Source: Candidatus Hydrogenedentota bacterium
GTDB lineage: Bacteria > Hydrogenedentota > Hydrogenedentia > Hydrogenedentales > SLHB01
NCBI GenBank assembly: GCA_963745075.1
Contig: CAVUWV010000031.1
Span: 224,001-288,000, forward strand
Length of the DNA stretch: 64,000 bases
Direction: 5' to 3'
Shown in pieces: positions 18,542 to 29,876 of the stretch (its first letter is position 1; each line of letters opens with the position of its first letter). The notes under the pieces are model-generated. The model had not been told where the DNA came from. It ran no database searches and saw only the letters and a list, made by a program, of their open reading frames with translations. Position numbers and translations under genes: made by a program.

Positions 18542-20138
18542 TGTAAGCAGTCCTCAGTACGGTGTAACCGACTGCAGTCAGCGCGCTGACAAGTACGATG
18601 ATGGCCGTCGTCAACAGGCTTAATGTCGCGACGTAGGCATCCGGACCATAATGCATCAGGGTGAACATGCGAATGGCAAGCGTGGTGTCCCCCGGAGGGC
18701 ACACGAGCACAGTCGAATCGAGTTCACCGACACACAACACAAAAGCGCATCCCCAACAGACTACCATGTACGGCAGTTGAAGTGGAAGTACAACGCTCAC
18801 AACGGTATGCCACCAGGATAGACCCGCAATATGTGCGGCTTCCTCGAGGCGGCGATCCAGCCGCTGATACCCCATAATCATCGCGGTATTCGCGAAGAAC
18901 AAGAACCGCGCAGATAGTGCCAGAACGACAATTGCCAGACTGTCGTACACCATGCCGGCCACGCCGGGGTGGTTCCAGAGTGCGATCAGGCTGAGCCCCA
19001 GGAGGGGTCCGGCGAGACCGAAGGGGAGCAGGGAAACCCCTTGGACGAGAAGACGGCTGCGGCGGGACCGCATCAGAATCGAGACGGAGGATGCCAGCGC
19101 TGTGAGGATGGTGGCGGAAACGGTTGCTACAAGAAGCGTCACGCCGAATTCCCCGCGTGTCGTGCGCCAGACTTCGGCGTAGGTGCTCAACGGAAGCGAC
19201 CGAAGGGCGAGCACGGTTACCGGCAACGCGACGCACAGGGCGACCAACAGCCAGCAGTAGGCCGATGCCGCGAAACGTAACGTCGCGTTTCGAGGCAACC
19301 GCGTGTTTCGTTGGCGACCGCTCAGCCACGCCGTGCGGCGACGCAAGAACAGGCTCCAGATTCCAAGCGCAGCCAGACACAAGGCGACCAGCGGCACCGA
19401 TTGCATCGCGGCGGCGGCGTAGTCGAGTGTTGCGCAGCTCGCGTAGATCTCGACGGGATAGGTGTTCACCTGGAACAAAGACGGCACGGCGTAGTTCAAT
19501 AGTGCGAGCACGAATACGAAGAGCACGCCCGTACAAAACGCCGGCGCAATCAGCGGAAGCACGATACTGATGAAGACCTGCCTGCCTTGCCCCGACAACG
19601 TCCCGGCTTCCTCGAGACGGCTGTCGAATCGGTGAAAGGCAGCCAGTACGAAGAACGTCACAATCGGGAAGTATGCGAGCGTCAATACAACGCATACGCC
19701 GAAGATGTTGTAGGGACCCGGCCAGCCGACCGCTCCGCCGCTGAGACGCTGTACCGCGTGCGCGACCGGGCCGTTCAAGCCCAGGATATCGATCCAGGCA
19801 ATGGCGAGCACGTAGGGGGGTGTCACGACCGGAAAAGCCAGTAGGCCGCACAGCGTCCGCGTGGCCGGTACACGCACGTATCCCAGGGCGCATCCTGCCG
19901 GCCCGCCCAGGAGCGCCGCTCCCACGGACGCGCCGACCGCCAGCAGGAAGCTCTTCCACAACAGACCCCAAGACCGAAAATCACCGGGCGCGGAACTCCA
20001 TGCCGCGAAGTCTTCCTGCCCGAGGTCGCGGACCAGATAGCAGGCAAATGCCAGAATGGGCAAGACGGCAATGACAAAGACGCACACCCACAACCCAGCG
20101 GTGGCCCATGTACGCGAGGCGGGGAAACGCACCGGCAT
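18528..20138 (-). CDS. Fe3+-type ABC importer permease (FbpB/AfuB-like, two TM halves)
   Basis: PPYVLAIAW, two RLEEA motifs, ~12 TM; start uncertain. Confidence 0.88.
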   Translation of the reverse strand: MPVRFPASRTWATAGLWVCVFVIAVLPILAFACYLVRDLGQEDFAAWSSAPGDFRSWGLLWKSFLLAVGASVGAALLGGPAGCALGYVRVPATRTLCGLLAFPVVTPPYVLAIAWIDILGLNGPVAHAVQRLSGGAVGWPGPYNIFGVCVVLTLAYFPIVTFFVLAAFHRFDSRLEEAGTLSGQGRQVFISIVLPLIAPAFCTGVLFVFVLALLNYAVPSLFQVNTYPVEIYASCATLDYAAAAMQSVPLVALCLAALGIWSLFLRRRTAWLSGRQRNTRLPRNATLRFAASAYCWLLVALCVALPVTVLALRSLPLSTYAEVWRTTRGEFGVTLLVATVSATILTALASSVSILMRSRRSRLLVQGVSLLPFGLAGPLLGLSLIALWNHPGVAGMVYDSLAIVVLALSARFLFFANTAMIMGYQRLDRRLEEAAHIAGLSWWHTVVSVVLPLQLPYMVVCWGCAFVLCVGELDSTVLVCPPGDTTLAIRMFTLMHYGPDAYVATLSLLTTAIIVLVSALTAVGYTVLRTAYNVRD

Positions 20139-20184
20139 CAGCCGCAACCGGGCTGCCCAAGTGGGGAACTGACCTCAAGACTCG

Positions 20185-21232
20185 TCATCGCAGGAATTCC
20201 TCCTTCAAGAACGCTGCCGAGGATGGCATGGCTCGGGCAATCGCGGCGAACGAAACGTCGAGCGTCTTGATCGTATCCAGCTTGGGCACGGTTGCGGGCG
20301 CGCTTACCGACGGGTTCAGGGGTATTTGAATGGACCGCATACGCGACAACGCGGCCTCCACGTCCGGGCTCAGCAGGTAGTCGATGAGTTTCCGGGCGGC
20401 TTCCGGGTGCGGTGCGCCCTTCACGAGCGCGACGGTATTGGGGACGATCAGGGTCCCCATCTCCCCCGCTCCCTGGTCGGGGAAAATCCACTTGGCCGGC
20501 CGGCCGTCCTCGACCGCGCCGTTGGCGTCGTCCGTGTCGGTCAATCCCCATGCGTATTCGCCGGACGCGACCAGGTCACGCACGTTCGCATTGCCGGAGA
20601 GGATTGCGATGTCATTCTTCCGGACACCTTGGAAGAACTCTTTGGCCCGGTCTTCGCCCCACAACGCGAACAAGGCCGCTGCGTGGGTCGCGGTCGTGCC
20701 GAAGAGAGGATTTGCGATGGCAGCGCGCCTCTCCCACCGTTCATCGAGCAAGTCCATGACGGAAGACGGCGGTTCGTTGACGAGATCGGTGTTGTAGATG
20801 ATCACCCGGCCCCGCGCGGCGAATCCGGTCCAATAGCCGTCGGGATCTTTGAACGCCGCAGGGATGGGGTCTGCGGACGGCGACCGGTAGGGTTCGAGCA
20901 GGCCGCGTTCCTTGAGCACGATGGTTTGGGCGACTTCGTTATTCCAGAACACGTCCGCCCGGGGCCGGTCGCGTTCGGCAATGAGCCGGCTCACGAGACC
21001 GGTGGTCTTCGAGGCTTCCGTGTCGTATACGGTCAGACACGTCAATCCCGGTTCGCGCCGTGAATGTGTCGAAGATGGGCTGGGAGTACATTTCATCGAG
21101 GGCCGTGTAGACCACGACGGAGTTTGAGTCGTTTCCACATCCCTGCGTCAGAATGGCGAAACCGATGCACAGCGCAGCCAGTACCGAGATGGCGATCCAA
21201 CGGTCGTAAACAAGACACTTCCTCAGCGGCAT
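20185..21232 (-). CDS. Fe3+-type ABC substrate-binding lipoprotein, frameshifted near 21038
   Basis: N-part 20939..21232 (lipobox LTQGC, VVVYTALD) joins 20185..21138 (YDTEASKT, ADVFWNNE, TDTDD). Confidence 0.85.
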
Positions 21233-21250
21233 TGGGGAACTCCGTGACGG

Positions 21251-22993
21251 TTATCGATCGTGCATGCGGTTCACGCGAAAGGCGCGCGTACATATGAGCA
21301 ATAGAGCGATGCCAAATGCAAGGTGAAACAGCACATTGACAACCCAGTAGTTCGTAATCAAGTCCGGACCCAGGAGCGAATTTGCGCGCTCGGGAAAACC
21401 GATTGCGTACAGGTGATACACGCACCCCGCCATGGGGGAGCAAAAGGCCACCGCCGCGTAGTAGGCATCGGTGTAGTGCTGATTCCAGGTCATGTCGGCG
21501 AGCCATGCCAGCCAGAAGAAGCCAAACATGACCATCCATCCAAGGGCATAACTGAGCAGGATGGCAGCGGGTGTACGTCGCGTAAGCATGGATGCGAACA
21601 GGCTCAACCCTACGATGAGAATCGCACTGACGATTAACGACACGTCGACGACTATTACGAGTTTCCAGGGCCAAATTCTGCTTTCCGTCAAGACGACGAC
21701 GAGAATACCGCCCAGAACGGTGGCCGCGAGAAATGGTACCGCCGCCCGAAAACCACTCCGGGCTTTGCCGAAGATAATCTGGGACGGACGTAGCAGGGTC
21801 ATGCGAAGCGCATCAACATTCTCGCGCTCGTATTCCTTCGTCAGTGTGTTCGCCAAGAGCGCGGGAGTCACGAGCGCGACGACAGCCATGCTCATTATCA
21901 TCCAGTAGAACGACAATATGGCGTCACGTTCCGAGACGTGCTCAGAGATCAGAATCAACCAGAGCGGCACCATCATTGCCGTTTCTAAGCCCGCAACGCC
22001 CAGGAAAGCGAATAGCCAGAGTTTGCGCCGCGCGTGCCAACCCCAAAGGCGCTCTTTGGCAAACATGGGATTAACATAGTCAGGAATCGGACCACGCAAG
22101 GGCCGATGTTTCACCGGCAACCGGAAAAGACTTCGGACTCCGTCGCGGACACGGGAGTAACGTGGTTCGCCGGGCAAGCGACTTTCCCGGGGGCGGCGGA
22201 CCGCGAGCCATGCTACGAATAGCGCGAACAGGCCGTATGCCGTCTGCACCAACAGAAACATGATATACCCGACAACCGAGAATTCGCCGTCGAGCGTATA
22301 AACAAGTGAGACGGGAGAGGCGAGCACCGGCGCAACCGTCTCCAACGCATCCTCGAGTCCATACATATTGAACACTTCCGCCAAGAATACGATGGGGATC
22401 ATGTAAATCCCCAGCAGGGCGACGACGCACAGATAACTCACAAGTACCGCCGCCACTGTGCTGCGTAATCGCGCGGAGCACATCACGCCGACGGCCGCAG
22501 CCCAAAACGCCGTGAGAGCGATGATCGGGCACAAGGTTAGCAGCAGCAGCCAATCAACGCCCACGAGAAAAAACGCCGTGGCGAGGAGTGGAAGAACGGC
22601 GATAGCGAGAAGCGCAAACATGCCGAGCGTATTAAAGAGTTTCCCCATCACCACACCCGCGGGACGTATCAGACTGAGCGTAAGCAGGTCGTAGGTGTGC
22701 TGTTCCCGCTCGACGACGAGGCTGGTCGCGCCGTATGCGGGCATGAGCAGCAGTCCGGCGATGTAGAGCGTAATGGCCAATCCGCCCACGATACTTTCCG
22801 AACTCCACGCCACCGTATACGGCATGGCGTTTTCTCCCGGCCATTGTTCGATCAGCACCCAGCTCGCAATCACCACCAAGGTTGCAATGAGGAAGATCGC
22901 GCGTATTTTGCGCAACGTCCGCAGCAATTCCCGTTGGACCAGCGCAAGAAACGGGGGCATCACGGAAGTTTTCGGCCGGGGAGTGTCAGACAT
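21251..22993 (-). CDS. ABC-2-type exporter permease, internally duplicated
   Basis: EREQHTYDLLTLSLIRPAGVVMGK and EYERENVDALRMTLLRPSQIIFGK; NPMFAKE linker. Confidence 0.85.
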   Translation of the reverse strand: MSDTPRPKTSVMPPFLALVQRELLRTLRKIRAIFLIATLVVIASWVLIEQWPGENAMPYTVAWSSESIVGGLAITLYIAGLLLMPAYGATSLVVEREQHTYDLLTLSLIRPAGVVMGKLFNTLGMFALLAIAVLPLLATAFFLVGVDWLLLLTLCPIIALTAFWAAAVGVMCSARLRSTVAAVLVSYLCVVALLGIYMIPIVFLAEVFNMYGLEDALETVAPVLASPVSLVYTLDGEFSVVGYIMFLLVQTAYGLFALFVAWLAVRRPRESRLPGEPRYSRVRDGVRSLFRLPVKHRPLRGPIPDYVNPMFAKERLWGWHARRKLWLFAFLGVAGLETAMMVPLWLILISEHVSERDAILSFYWMIMSMAVVALVTPALLANTLTKEYERENVDALRMTLLRPSQIIFGKARSGFRAAVPFLAATVLGGILVVVLTESRIWPWKLVIVVDVSLIVSAILIVGLSLFASMLTRRTPAAILLSYALGWMVMFGFFWLAWLADMTWNQHYTDAYYAAVAFCSPMAGCVYHLYAIGFPERANSLLGPDLITNYWVVNVLFHLAFGIALLLICTRAFRVNRMHDR

Positions 22994-24756
22994 CGCGCGT
23001 CACCATGCGTGCGATTCGGCGTTCCGCCAGGTAGTAGATCATACCGATACCGGCGAGATGGAGCATGGAACACAGGAACCACACCAGGAGATAGACTTCG
23101 GGCTCCGAATTGTGGGTGAACTCGCGCAAGTTCGCGGCGTAGCTTGTGATGGGGTTCAAGAGCAGCATTTCATAGCCATATATATTGGGAAATTGCAGGC
23201 GACGCGTCCACTCACGGGCCATTGCATGCAGAAAGAGCGGGCTCAGCGTAACAAGCGCGACCAGACCGTAAGCACTGACCAGCGCCATCCCCGCGCTTTT
23301 GGCACGGACGGAAACCCAAACGCCGATTGTCGTGCACAGGAGCACCATGATTGCAACCGATATCACGCCCGTGAGCAGGAGAATAGCCGTATCCAAATTC
23401 GTGAAGATCTGACCGCTCAAGATAACGAGCGCTATGGCCCCAATGAGCAAAGGCCGTCCGGAAAAGCGTATGGCGGCGGTGGCTTTCCCCCGCAGGATGG
23501 TTGACGGTCTGAGCCCGGACATGAGTAAACCATCCAGAGTGTCAGCATCGACTTCCGCGGTAATCGACACTGCGGCGACACCCGTTGCGATCAGGCTTCC
23601 CGCGATCATCCAGATAGTCGCCAACGCCACAATGATGACCTGCGCGTCGTCCCCTCCAATTCCGCCCGCCGAGTTTGACGGGGCCAGGGACCCGAGTGTG
23701 AGAAAAAAAATAAAAAGGAGCACGGTCGCTGCCAAACCAATAATCGCCAGCCCCCGGTCACCGCCGATGACCGAACCCCAACGGAGTTCGCGGACGCAAA
23801 CGGGATTGGCACTGTCATTGATGGGTTCCCGCGTAAGGCGGGCGGATAGCGCCGCCGCTTCTGTTCTCCTTCGACGCCGGAAGCTCATCCAGTTCGACCG
23901 GCTGCGGCGGCTCGTCCGGTTTGCGTAGGCGTCGCGTGGCGATGCGGACCGCGATGCCCCAGACGAGTCCCTGTCCGATGACCGTGGCGAGGATGCCCCA
24001 GCCGGGCACGTTTTGGGCCAATATCATGGCAAGGGCCGCAACCGGCGAAGTCATCATGACGCCAATCGCAACCGGCTCCAACCAACTCGAGGGGCCAATA
24101 TTCAGGTCCATGGCCATGGGTACGAAGATGACGGCGAGCACAATCAGATAGCCGCCGATGACAACAAACGTGGTGAAGTACCCGAGAATCACCGCGGCGA
24201 CGGGACCCCGGCAATGCGCCGAGGCGAGCACGCCGACGATCGCGCAGGTCAGCGCTGCGATGAGGATGACGATCCCGGATTGAATGATGGTCTGCCAGTC
24301 GACGCCCACGAGGAAGAAGGAAACGCCCAGGAAGGGCAGCACGGCGACGACCAGCAGGCAGAAGTACCCGAGCGTACTGATGACCTTCGCAAAGACGATA
24401 CCTGAGGGACGGATCAGCGAAAGGGTCAGGAGGTCGTAGGTATTGCGGGCGCGCTCGGACTGGATCGAGGCGGCGCCATAGGCCGGCAAGAGCACCAGGG
24501 CCGCGATAAAGAGCGCGACGACCAGCGAACTGACCATGCTTTCGTTGTACGAACCCATTACGAACGGCGTCGCCCGAAGCGGTGGGTAATTCGCCGCCAC
24601 GAGTAGGCCGGCGATGCACGCGAGCAACAACAAGAACACGAAGGGACGCGTGCGCCGGAGCATGCGGACGAATTCCCGGCGCACGAGGGTCAGGAAGGGA
24701 GCGGCCGCGACGGCGCGTTCGAGCAATGGCCTTGTATGTGTCCGATCCTCGCTCAT
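22986..24756 (-). CDS. ABC-2-type permease paralog 2, frameshifted near 23890
   Basis: MSEDRTH...LVRREFVRMLRR, ERARNTYDLLTLSLIRPSGIVFAK; second half in ORF 22986..23888 (NPVCVRELRW, DTLDGLLMSGLRPSTILRGK). Confidence 0.75.
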
Positions 24757-26410
24757 TGGTCCTGCATCCGCCGGTATCGGAACAGGTAGATCTGCGTAAG
24801 CCAGTATCGCAAACGCCAGCGTTGTGTGAAAAAACAGACTCTGGCGCCAGATATGATAGTCGGGGTGCGAGTCGGACAGATTCGCCCGGAATCCAAAAAT
24901 GAGCGAATACCGGAGGGGTACTTCGGTGTGGACAAACTCGGACATGACGACCGGTCCGACAAAGAGCAAAAAACACGCTGCCAAACCGGCAACGAGGGCG
25001 ACGTTTGTCTTTCTCGCCATGAGTGAGATAGCCATTCCCATCGTGGTGCAAAGAAAAACGCACACGCACAGCGTCATCAATGCGGAACCGATGACCGGCC
25101 AGGCGCGCGGGTGCCAGTATAGAATCGGAAGGCTGGCCAGGAACACAGCCAGCATGGCGGGGCCGAGGGAAAGCATTCCGGCCAGACTCTTGCCGCGCAC
25201 CGACCGATCCTGCGTTCAGGAGGGTCATGCGCAGCATGTCGATATTGCCCAGTTCGTATTCTCGCGCAAAGGAGTTCGATACTAAGACGGTCGCGATGAC
25301 CGCGACGATCCCCATCAACACCGCATACCAGCCGGCTGCTGCTTCATTGACGTCCTGAATGCGAGCCGTAACGACCATCATGGCGCCGAAGCCCGCAAGC
25401 GCAAAGACACAATAGAAGATGCGGACCAGGACACTGCCTCGATTGAACAAGCCCCAGCGCATCTCGCGAACGAACATGGGGTTTCGACCGTCATCGATGA
25501 GCGGCTTTCGACGCAGCGGATCGATGAGATAGTAGGGAAACTGCGTGCGCCGCGCTCTCAATACGCGCGGGTCGTCAATCGAATGTTCGGTTGATATCGC
25601 CCGGGGTTCGGTCTGCCGGCGAAGGAGTTTCACGGCGACGAGGAAGCAGAGGATGCAAAAGGCGCCTTGCGCGACAATGGCGAACGGTAGGTATAGCAAA
25701 GCGCCACGTTGAATCGCCGCAAGCGTCTCCAAGGTGCAAACGAAGACGACCAGCTCGGCACCAAGAAAGGATTCCGGGAAATGGACAAGTAATAGAAACT
25801 GCCCGTCACGAGAGCACGGAGAAATCGCAAGATGTACGTTGGCCCGCCCACCATGAGGAGGACCGTGACGACGTAAGAAGCGGTCACGGCAAGAAATGTC
25901 CGCCGAAAGATCGTCGAACACACGATCCCGATCATTGCGCACGTCAAGGCAGTCACCGTGAGGAAGCCGAATATGAAGACCAATTGCTGCCAATCGGTAC
26001 CGACGCCGAACATGACGGTGGCAAAGATCGGGAGCGTCGCAAGCATGAGCAGCAGGTAAATGCCGGCCGTATTCAGGGCTTTGGCCGCGATGACACCGCT
26101 TGGACGCACGAGGGTCAGGTACAATTGATCGAGGGTATCCTGTTCGCGTTCACTTACGATCGCGGCCGCTGCCAACCCGGGCACGCAGAGGATGCAGCCG
26201 AGAAACAGCAGGTACGTCAGACGAGGCGACCAAGGTCTGCGTTACTTCCGCGACCGCGGACGTTGGGAGGTTGTGCGTAGGCCACGACAGAAGCAGTGCA
26301 ATCGCTTCCACGCCGAACAGTCCGATCACGAGCATCACGGTTCGGACGCGGCGAAGGCTGGTGATCAGCTCCCGCTTGACGATGATGATCGCTGGCAGCA
26401 GCCGAATCAC
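24753..26410 (-). CDS. ABC-2-type permease paralog 3, several frameshifts
   Basis: Pieces: IVKRELITSLRR (26150..26410), EREQDTLDQLYLTLVRPSGVIAAK (25630..26184), NPMFVREMRW/EYELGNIDMLRMTLL (23885..25993 frame), RGKSLAG... (23815..25200 frame); stop overlaps next ATG. Confidence 0.7.
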
Positions 26411-26412
26411 GC

Positions 26413-27342
26413 TTACAGGCCCCCTTTGGTAACATGGAGAAACACGTCCTCCAGATCGCCTTCGTCCTGGGCGAAACTGACGACTTTGACGCCGGCCTGA
26501 ACGAGTTTCGTATTCAGTTCGGCAAACTGGAACCGGTCGAGCTTGGCGTCCATGCGGAATTCGTTTCCGGATCGTTCGAGGTTGGTTACACCCGGCGTCA
26601 TCCGGAGCACTTCCTCCGCCCGGTCTCCGCCGTCCACGACTTCGAGCAAGACTTCAAGCTCCTGACGCAGGCTATGGAGTATGTCGCGATAGTTGCCGGA
26701 CGCCAGGAGCTTGCCATGTTCGAGAATTCCGATCTTGTTGCACATGTCGCCCAACTCCGAGAGGATATGGGAAGAGATGAGGATGGTTTTCCCCATGTCG
26801 CGCAAGGTCTTCAACAGTTCGCGCATTTCGATGCGGGCGCGGGGGTCAAGGCCGCTGGCGGGTTCATCGAGCAGCAGCACTTTCGGATCGTGCAGGAGCG
26901 TTTTGGCGAGGCAGCAGCGCTGTTTCATGCCTCGCGAGAAGGCGCTGACGAAGTCGTCGGCTTTGCTGGTGAGGTCGGTCAGTTGCAGCACGTCGTCGAT
27001 GATGGCGCTCCGTTTCTTGCGCGGGATCTTGTACGCGGCACCGAAGAAATCCAGATATTCGCGCAGCCGCATGCCGTCGTACACGCCGAACGAATCGGGC
27101 ATGTAGCCCAGAATCTTCTTGATTTCGTAGGGCTGTTTGCTCACGTCGATGCCATCGACAAACGCGAGGCCGGAGGTGGGCGCAAGCAGTGTCGACAGGA
27201 TGCGTATGGTCGTCGTCTTTCCCGCGCCGTTGGGACCGATGAATCCGTAGATGTCGCCGGATTCGATAACGAGATTGAGTTCCGTCAACGCTTCGAATTT
27301 ATTGTATCGCTTCGTGAGATTCTTCGTTTCGACTATTGCCAT
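26413..27342 (-). CDS. ABC exporter ATP-binding subunit
   Basis: GPNGAGKTT, FSRGMKQR, LLLDEPASGLDP, ISSHILSE, DLEDVFL. Confidence 0.95.
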   Translation of the reverse strand: MAIVETKNLTKRYNKFEALTELNLVIESGDIYGFIGPNGAGKTTTIRILSTLLAPTSGLAFVDGIDVSKQPYEIKKILGYMPDSFGVYDGMRLREYLDFFGAAYKIPRKKRSAIIDDVLQLTDLTSKADDFVSAFSRGMKQRCCLAKTLLHDPKVLLLDEPASGLDPRARIEMRELLKTLRDMGKTILISSHILSELGDMCNKIGILEHGKLLASGNYRDILHSLRQELEVLLEVVDGGDRAEEVLRMTPGVTNLERSGNEFRMDAKLDRFQFAELNTKLVQAGVKVVSFAQDEGDLEDVFLHVTKGGL

Positions 27343-29876
27343 GGGTGCCAGTCTCCAGTGGTCGAGGCTTGCCGGGGAACGGTCAAATACGCGAGGGGTA
27401 GAAAGCTGCCATACACTTGCTGGTTATTGTTTTCCGAAGACGTGAATCGAATGTTTGCCTTAAACCAATTGTTTTGGGGGTCGGCAAAGGTCTTCCAATT
27501 ACTGAAACGAAACGTTGCAACAGAAGCGGTGCCGTCCGGCGTGTCGACGCGCTGCCACTCCGATGCTTTCGCCTGCTGGAACCCGGGCGATCCCGGTGGG
27601 GTTTCGTTGCCGGACGCATCCACCGGCGCGAACTGGATCGTCGCCTTGGCGTCGGTGTAGATCCAGATCTCGAACTGAAGTTCCGTCGCATGGCTGTTCT
27701 GCCAGCCGTGAGGGAGTTGCGCCTCAACAGAATTGGATGCGGATGGCTGGAAGTCGATCATTCGTTGCCGTAACCCCATACGGTATGGAGCCGGCGATCC
27801 GCTCGGCATCTCATTCACAAGTATGTCTAAGGGGACTTGCGCGGGCAGCGTTGCCTGGGCCTGATTCAATTGAATGTCCGCCACGAGAAGGGAACGGACG
27901 ATTTGCCGTTGCATGGGTTCTTCCGTCCGTATGACGTCCGGCGTGGTCCCCACGATCCAGGCGCACAGAAACGGGCCGAGCCGTGGATCGACGGTGTCTT
28001 CGAAGCCCGGCCGGGCAATCAGATCCTGGAAGAACTGCCCCTGGAGCGTTTGCTGATCGATTTGCGAGTAGCCGTAGTAATAGTTGGGGCGGTTTGCGTC
28101 GAACAGAAAGTCTCGTTGTTCAAGCCGATCGACTGAAACGTTGACCTCCAGCGCATGACCGGTTTGGGGCAATGCGATTCTTCTGCCTTCGAGGATCAGA
28201 AACGGATCTTCAATCGCGTACCCGGTGTTGTTGGTCAGGGTGCCATGGATGCCGTCACGGTCCCAAACGAGGTCGCCATCGATGCCGCCTTCGGGTTCAA
28301 AGTCGGAGGCGACTTCAAAGACGCGCATGACACTGGCGCCGACGCGCAGGTTTTCGATACGAGGCGGCGTGTCGTAGGTGAAGGTGAACGCATCGGACTG
28401 ACTGAACAGGCCGCGACGCGCGCGCGTGAATGGCTGGAACGACTGGCTCCACGAATCGGACACCATCCCGTATTCGTGGGTAAGGTCCAGATCGTAGCGG
28501 GCGGTTCGGGCTGAAAGTAGACCGACGATGCTATGCTTTTCGCCGACACCGCCATCTTGGGGTACGTGGAGCACTTCGAGTTCGGCGATCTCGGTCGCTT
28601 TGGCGCGGCCGGCGGTTCCGTATATGAGGGCGTAGGCGGTGAACCCCAGGGAGAAAAAGACAAGACAAACCCACGCCATCTCGCGGCGCTTCATCCAGTT
28701 CCAAAACAGCCAGTTTCCGACGATCCCGATGAAGAAGTAGGCGAGGAGATAGATCAACACCGACGACCAGGGATAAACTCGAACACCCGTGGCGGACGGC
28801 AACGTCTGCGACGCCGTGTTCGCGGCTTTGGCATAGTTCAGACTGGCGCCGCCACCCTCCCGCGCCGCGAGATCGCTCCAAAGCCGGAGAAAGCCGGAAC
28901 ATTGTTGAAGGGCTTTGCCATGTGCGTCCACGGCGACCGTCACGACGTATCCGCTGCCGAGTGGGCGGCGTGTTGCGAGCACGCGATCGCGTCCCAAACG
29001 CTCCGTATCGGCTGAGCCTCGGGTGAGTTCGGTGATCAAAATATCGCGGCCCGCGCGTCCTCCGGTCCGGTCAACGTTGTCGAAAACCTCTGCGGCGAGA
29101 GTTTGTTCGTCGACGGTAAGCTGTGCACCCATACTTACGCCCGAGAGATCCTCGACCCAGGTACCCCGGAATCGGCTCGCGTTCTCTCCCGTGCAGATTA
29201 CAAGGACGCCGCCCTTGCGCACGTAACGCTCCATCAACTCTCGTTGGCGCAATCCGATTTGGCCGGGATCGATTTGGCCGAACACGATGAGGCTATAGGC
29301 ATCGTAGCATTGGGGGCGGTCGGGCAGTTGCGGCAGCTCCTCGGTACGGAGTTCGTGGCGGTGGAGCCCGGCCTCGCGATCCGCGCGCTGGACGGCTGTA
29401 TAGAGAAAGCCGTAGTCGGCGGGTTCGTCATCCAGAATCAGACCGATGCGATCGCGCTCGTCCAGAGGAAGCAATCGAACGGCTATCGGAAGGTCCAGGG
29501 CCGGGCGGCCTTTCTCGTAGACCATGGCACTAATGCGCTGCGCGTCCGTCAGGTTGCTGTAAACCCGAAACCGCTTTCGCGATCCTTTGGGCGACTCGAC
29601 CGGCACCCGGTAAATGGGACTTGTCGTACCGCTCGATCCCACGACGGTGACTTCCAGGTATCCGGAAATGTCCTCCTTGTTGTTATGGAGTACGACGTCA
29701 ATCGGCACCCAGTTCCCCGGCTTGTAGGCCGTGATGAAGGTTGTGGAAACGTCGGCGACGATGTCGCCTTCACGCACGACTTGCGGCTCCTGGGCGGAGA
29801 GCATCATCGCGATCCAGAATAGCGACCACCACACGCTCCATGCCGGCCGAACGCCCGTCCCGATGTATGCCTTCAA
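27333..29876 (-). CDS. Large exported/membrane protein with GATase1-like domain (MoxR-operon accessory)
   Basis: Signal peptide, YKPGNWVPI, YVRKGGVLVI, RPLGSGYV, central TM pair 'NWLFWNWMKRREMAW'. Confidence 0.7.
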   Translation of the reverse strand: MKAYIGTGVRPAWSVWWSLFWIAMMLSAQEPQVVREGDIVADVSTTFITAYKPGNWVPIDVVLHNNKEDISGYLEVTVVGSSGTTSPIYRVPVESPKGSRKRFRVYSNLTDAQRISAMVYEKGRPALDLPIAVRLLPLDERDRIGLILDDEPADYGFLYTAVQRADREAGLHRHELRTEELPQLPDRPQCYDAYSLIVFGQIDPGQIGLRQRELMERYVRKGGVLVICTGENASRFRGTWVEDLSGVSMGAQLTVDEQTLAAEVFDNVDRTGGRAGRDILITELTRGSADTERLGRDRVLATRRPLGSGYVVTVAVDAHGKALQQCSGFLRLWSDLAAREGGGASLNYAKAANTASQTLPSATGVRVYPWSSVLIYLLAYFFIGIVGNWLFWNWMKRREMAWVCLVFFSLGFTAYALIYGTAGRAKATEIAELEVLHVPQDGGVGEKHSIVGLLSARTARYDLDLTHEYGMVSDSWSQSFQPFTRARRGLFSQSDAFTFTYDTPPRIENLRVGASVMRVFEVASDFEPEGGIDGDLVWDRDGIHGTLTNNTGYAIEDPFLILEGRRIALPQTGHALEVNVSVDRLEQRDFLFDANRPNYYYGYSQIDQQTLQGQFFQDLIARPGFEDTVDPRLGPFLCAWIVGTTPDVIRTEEPMQRQIVRSLLVADIQLNQAQATLPAQVPLDILVNEMPSGSPAPYRMGLRQRMIDFQPSASNSVEAQLPHGWQNSHATELQFEIWIYTDAKATIQFAPVDASGNETPPGSPGFQQAKASEWQRVDTPDGTASVATFRFSNWKTFADPQNNWFKANIRFTSSENNNQQVYGSFLPLAYLTVPRQASTTGDWHPWQ

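Noticed and set aside
26434..27660. Long antisense ORFs (e.g. 26434..27660, 36755..37915, 41551..42726, 54376..55425)
   Set aside because: Shadow ORFs opposite well-supported genes, expected in GC-rich DNA.
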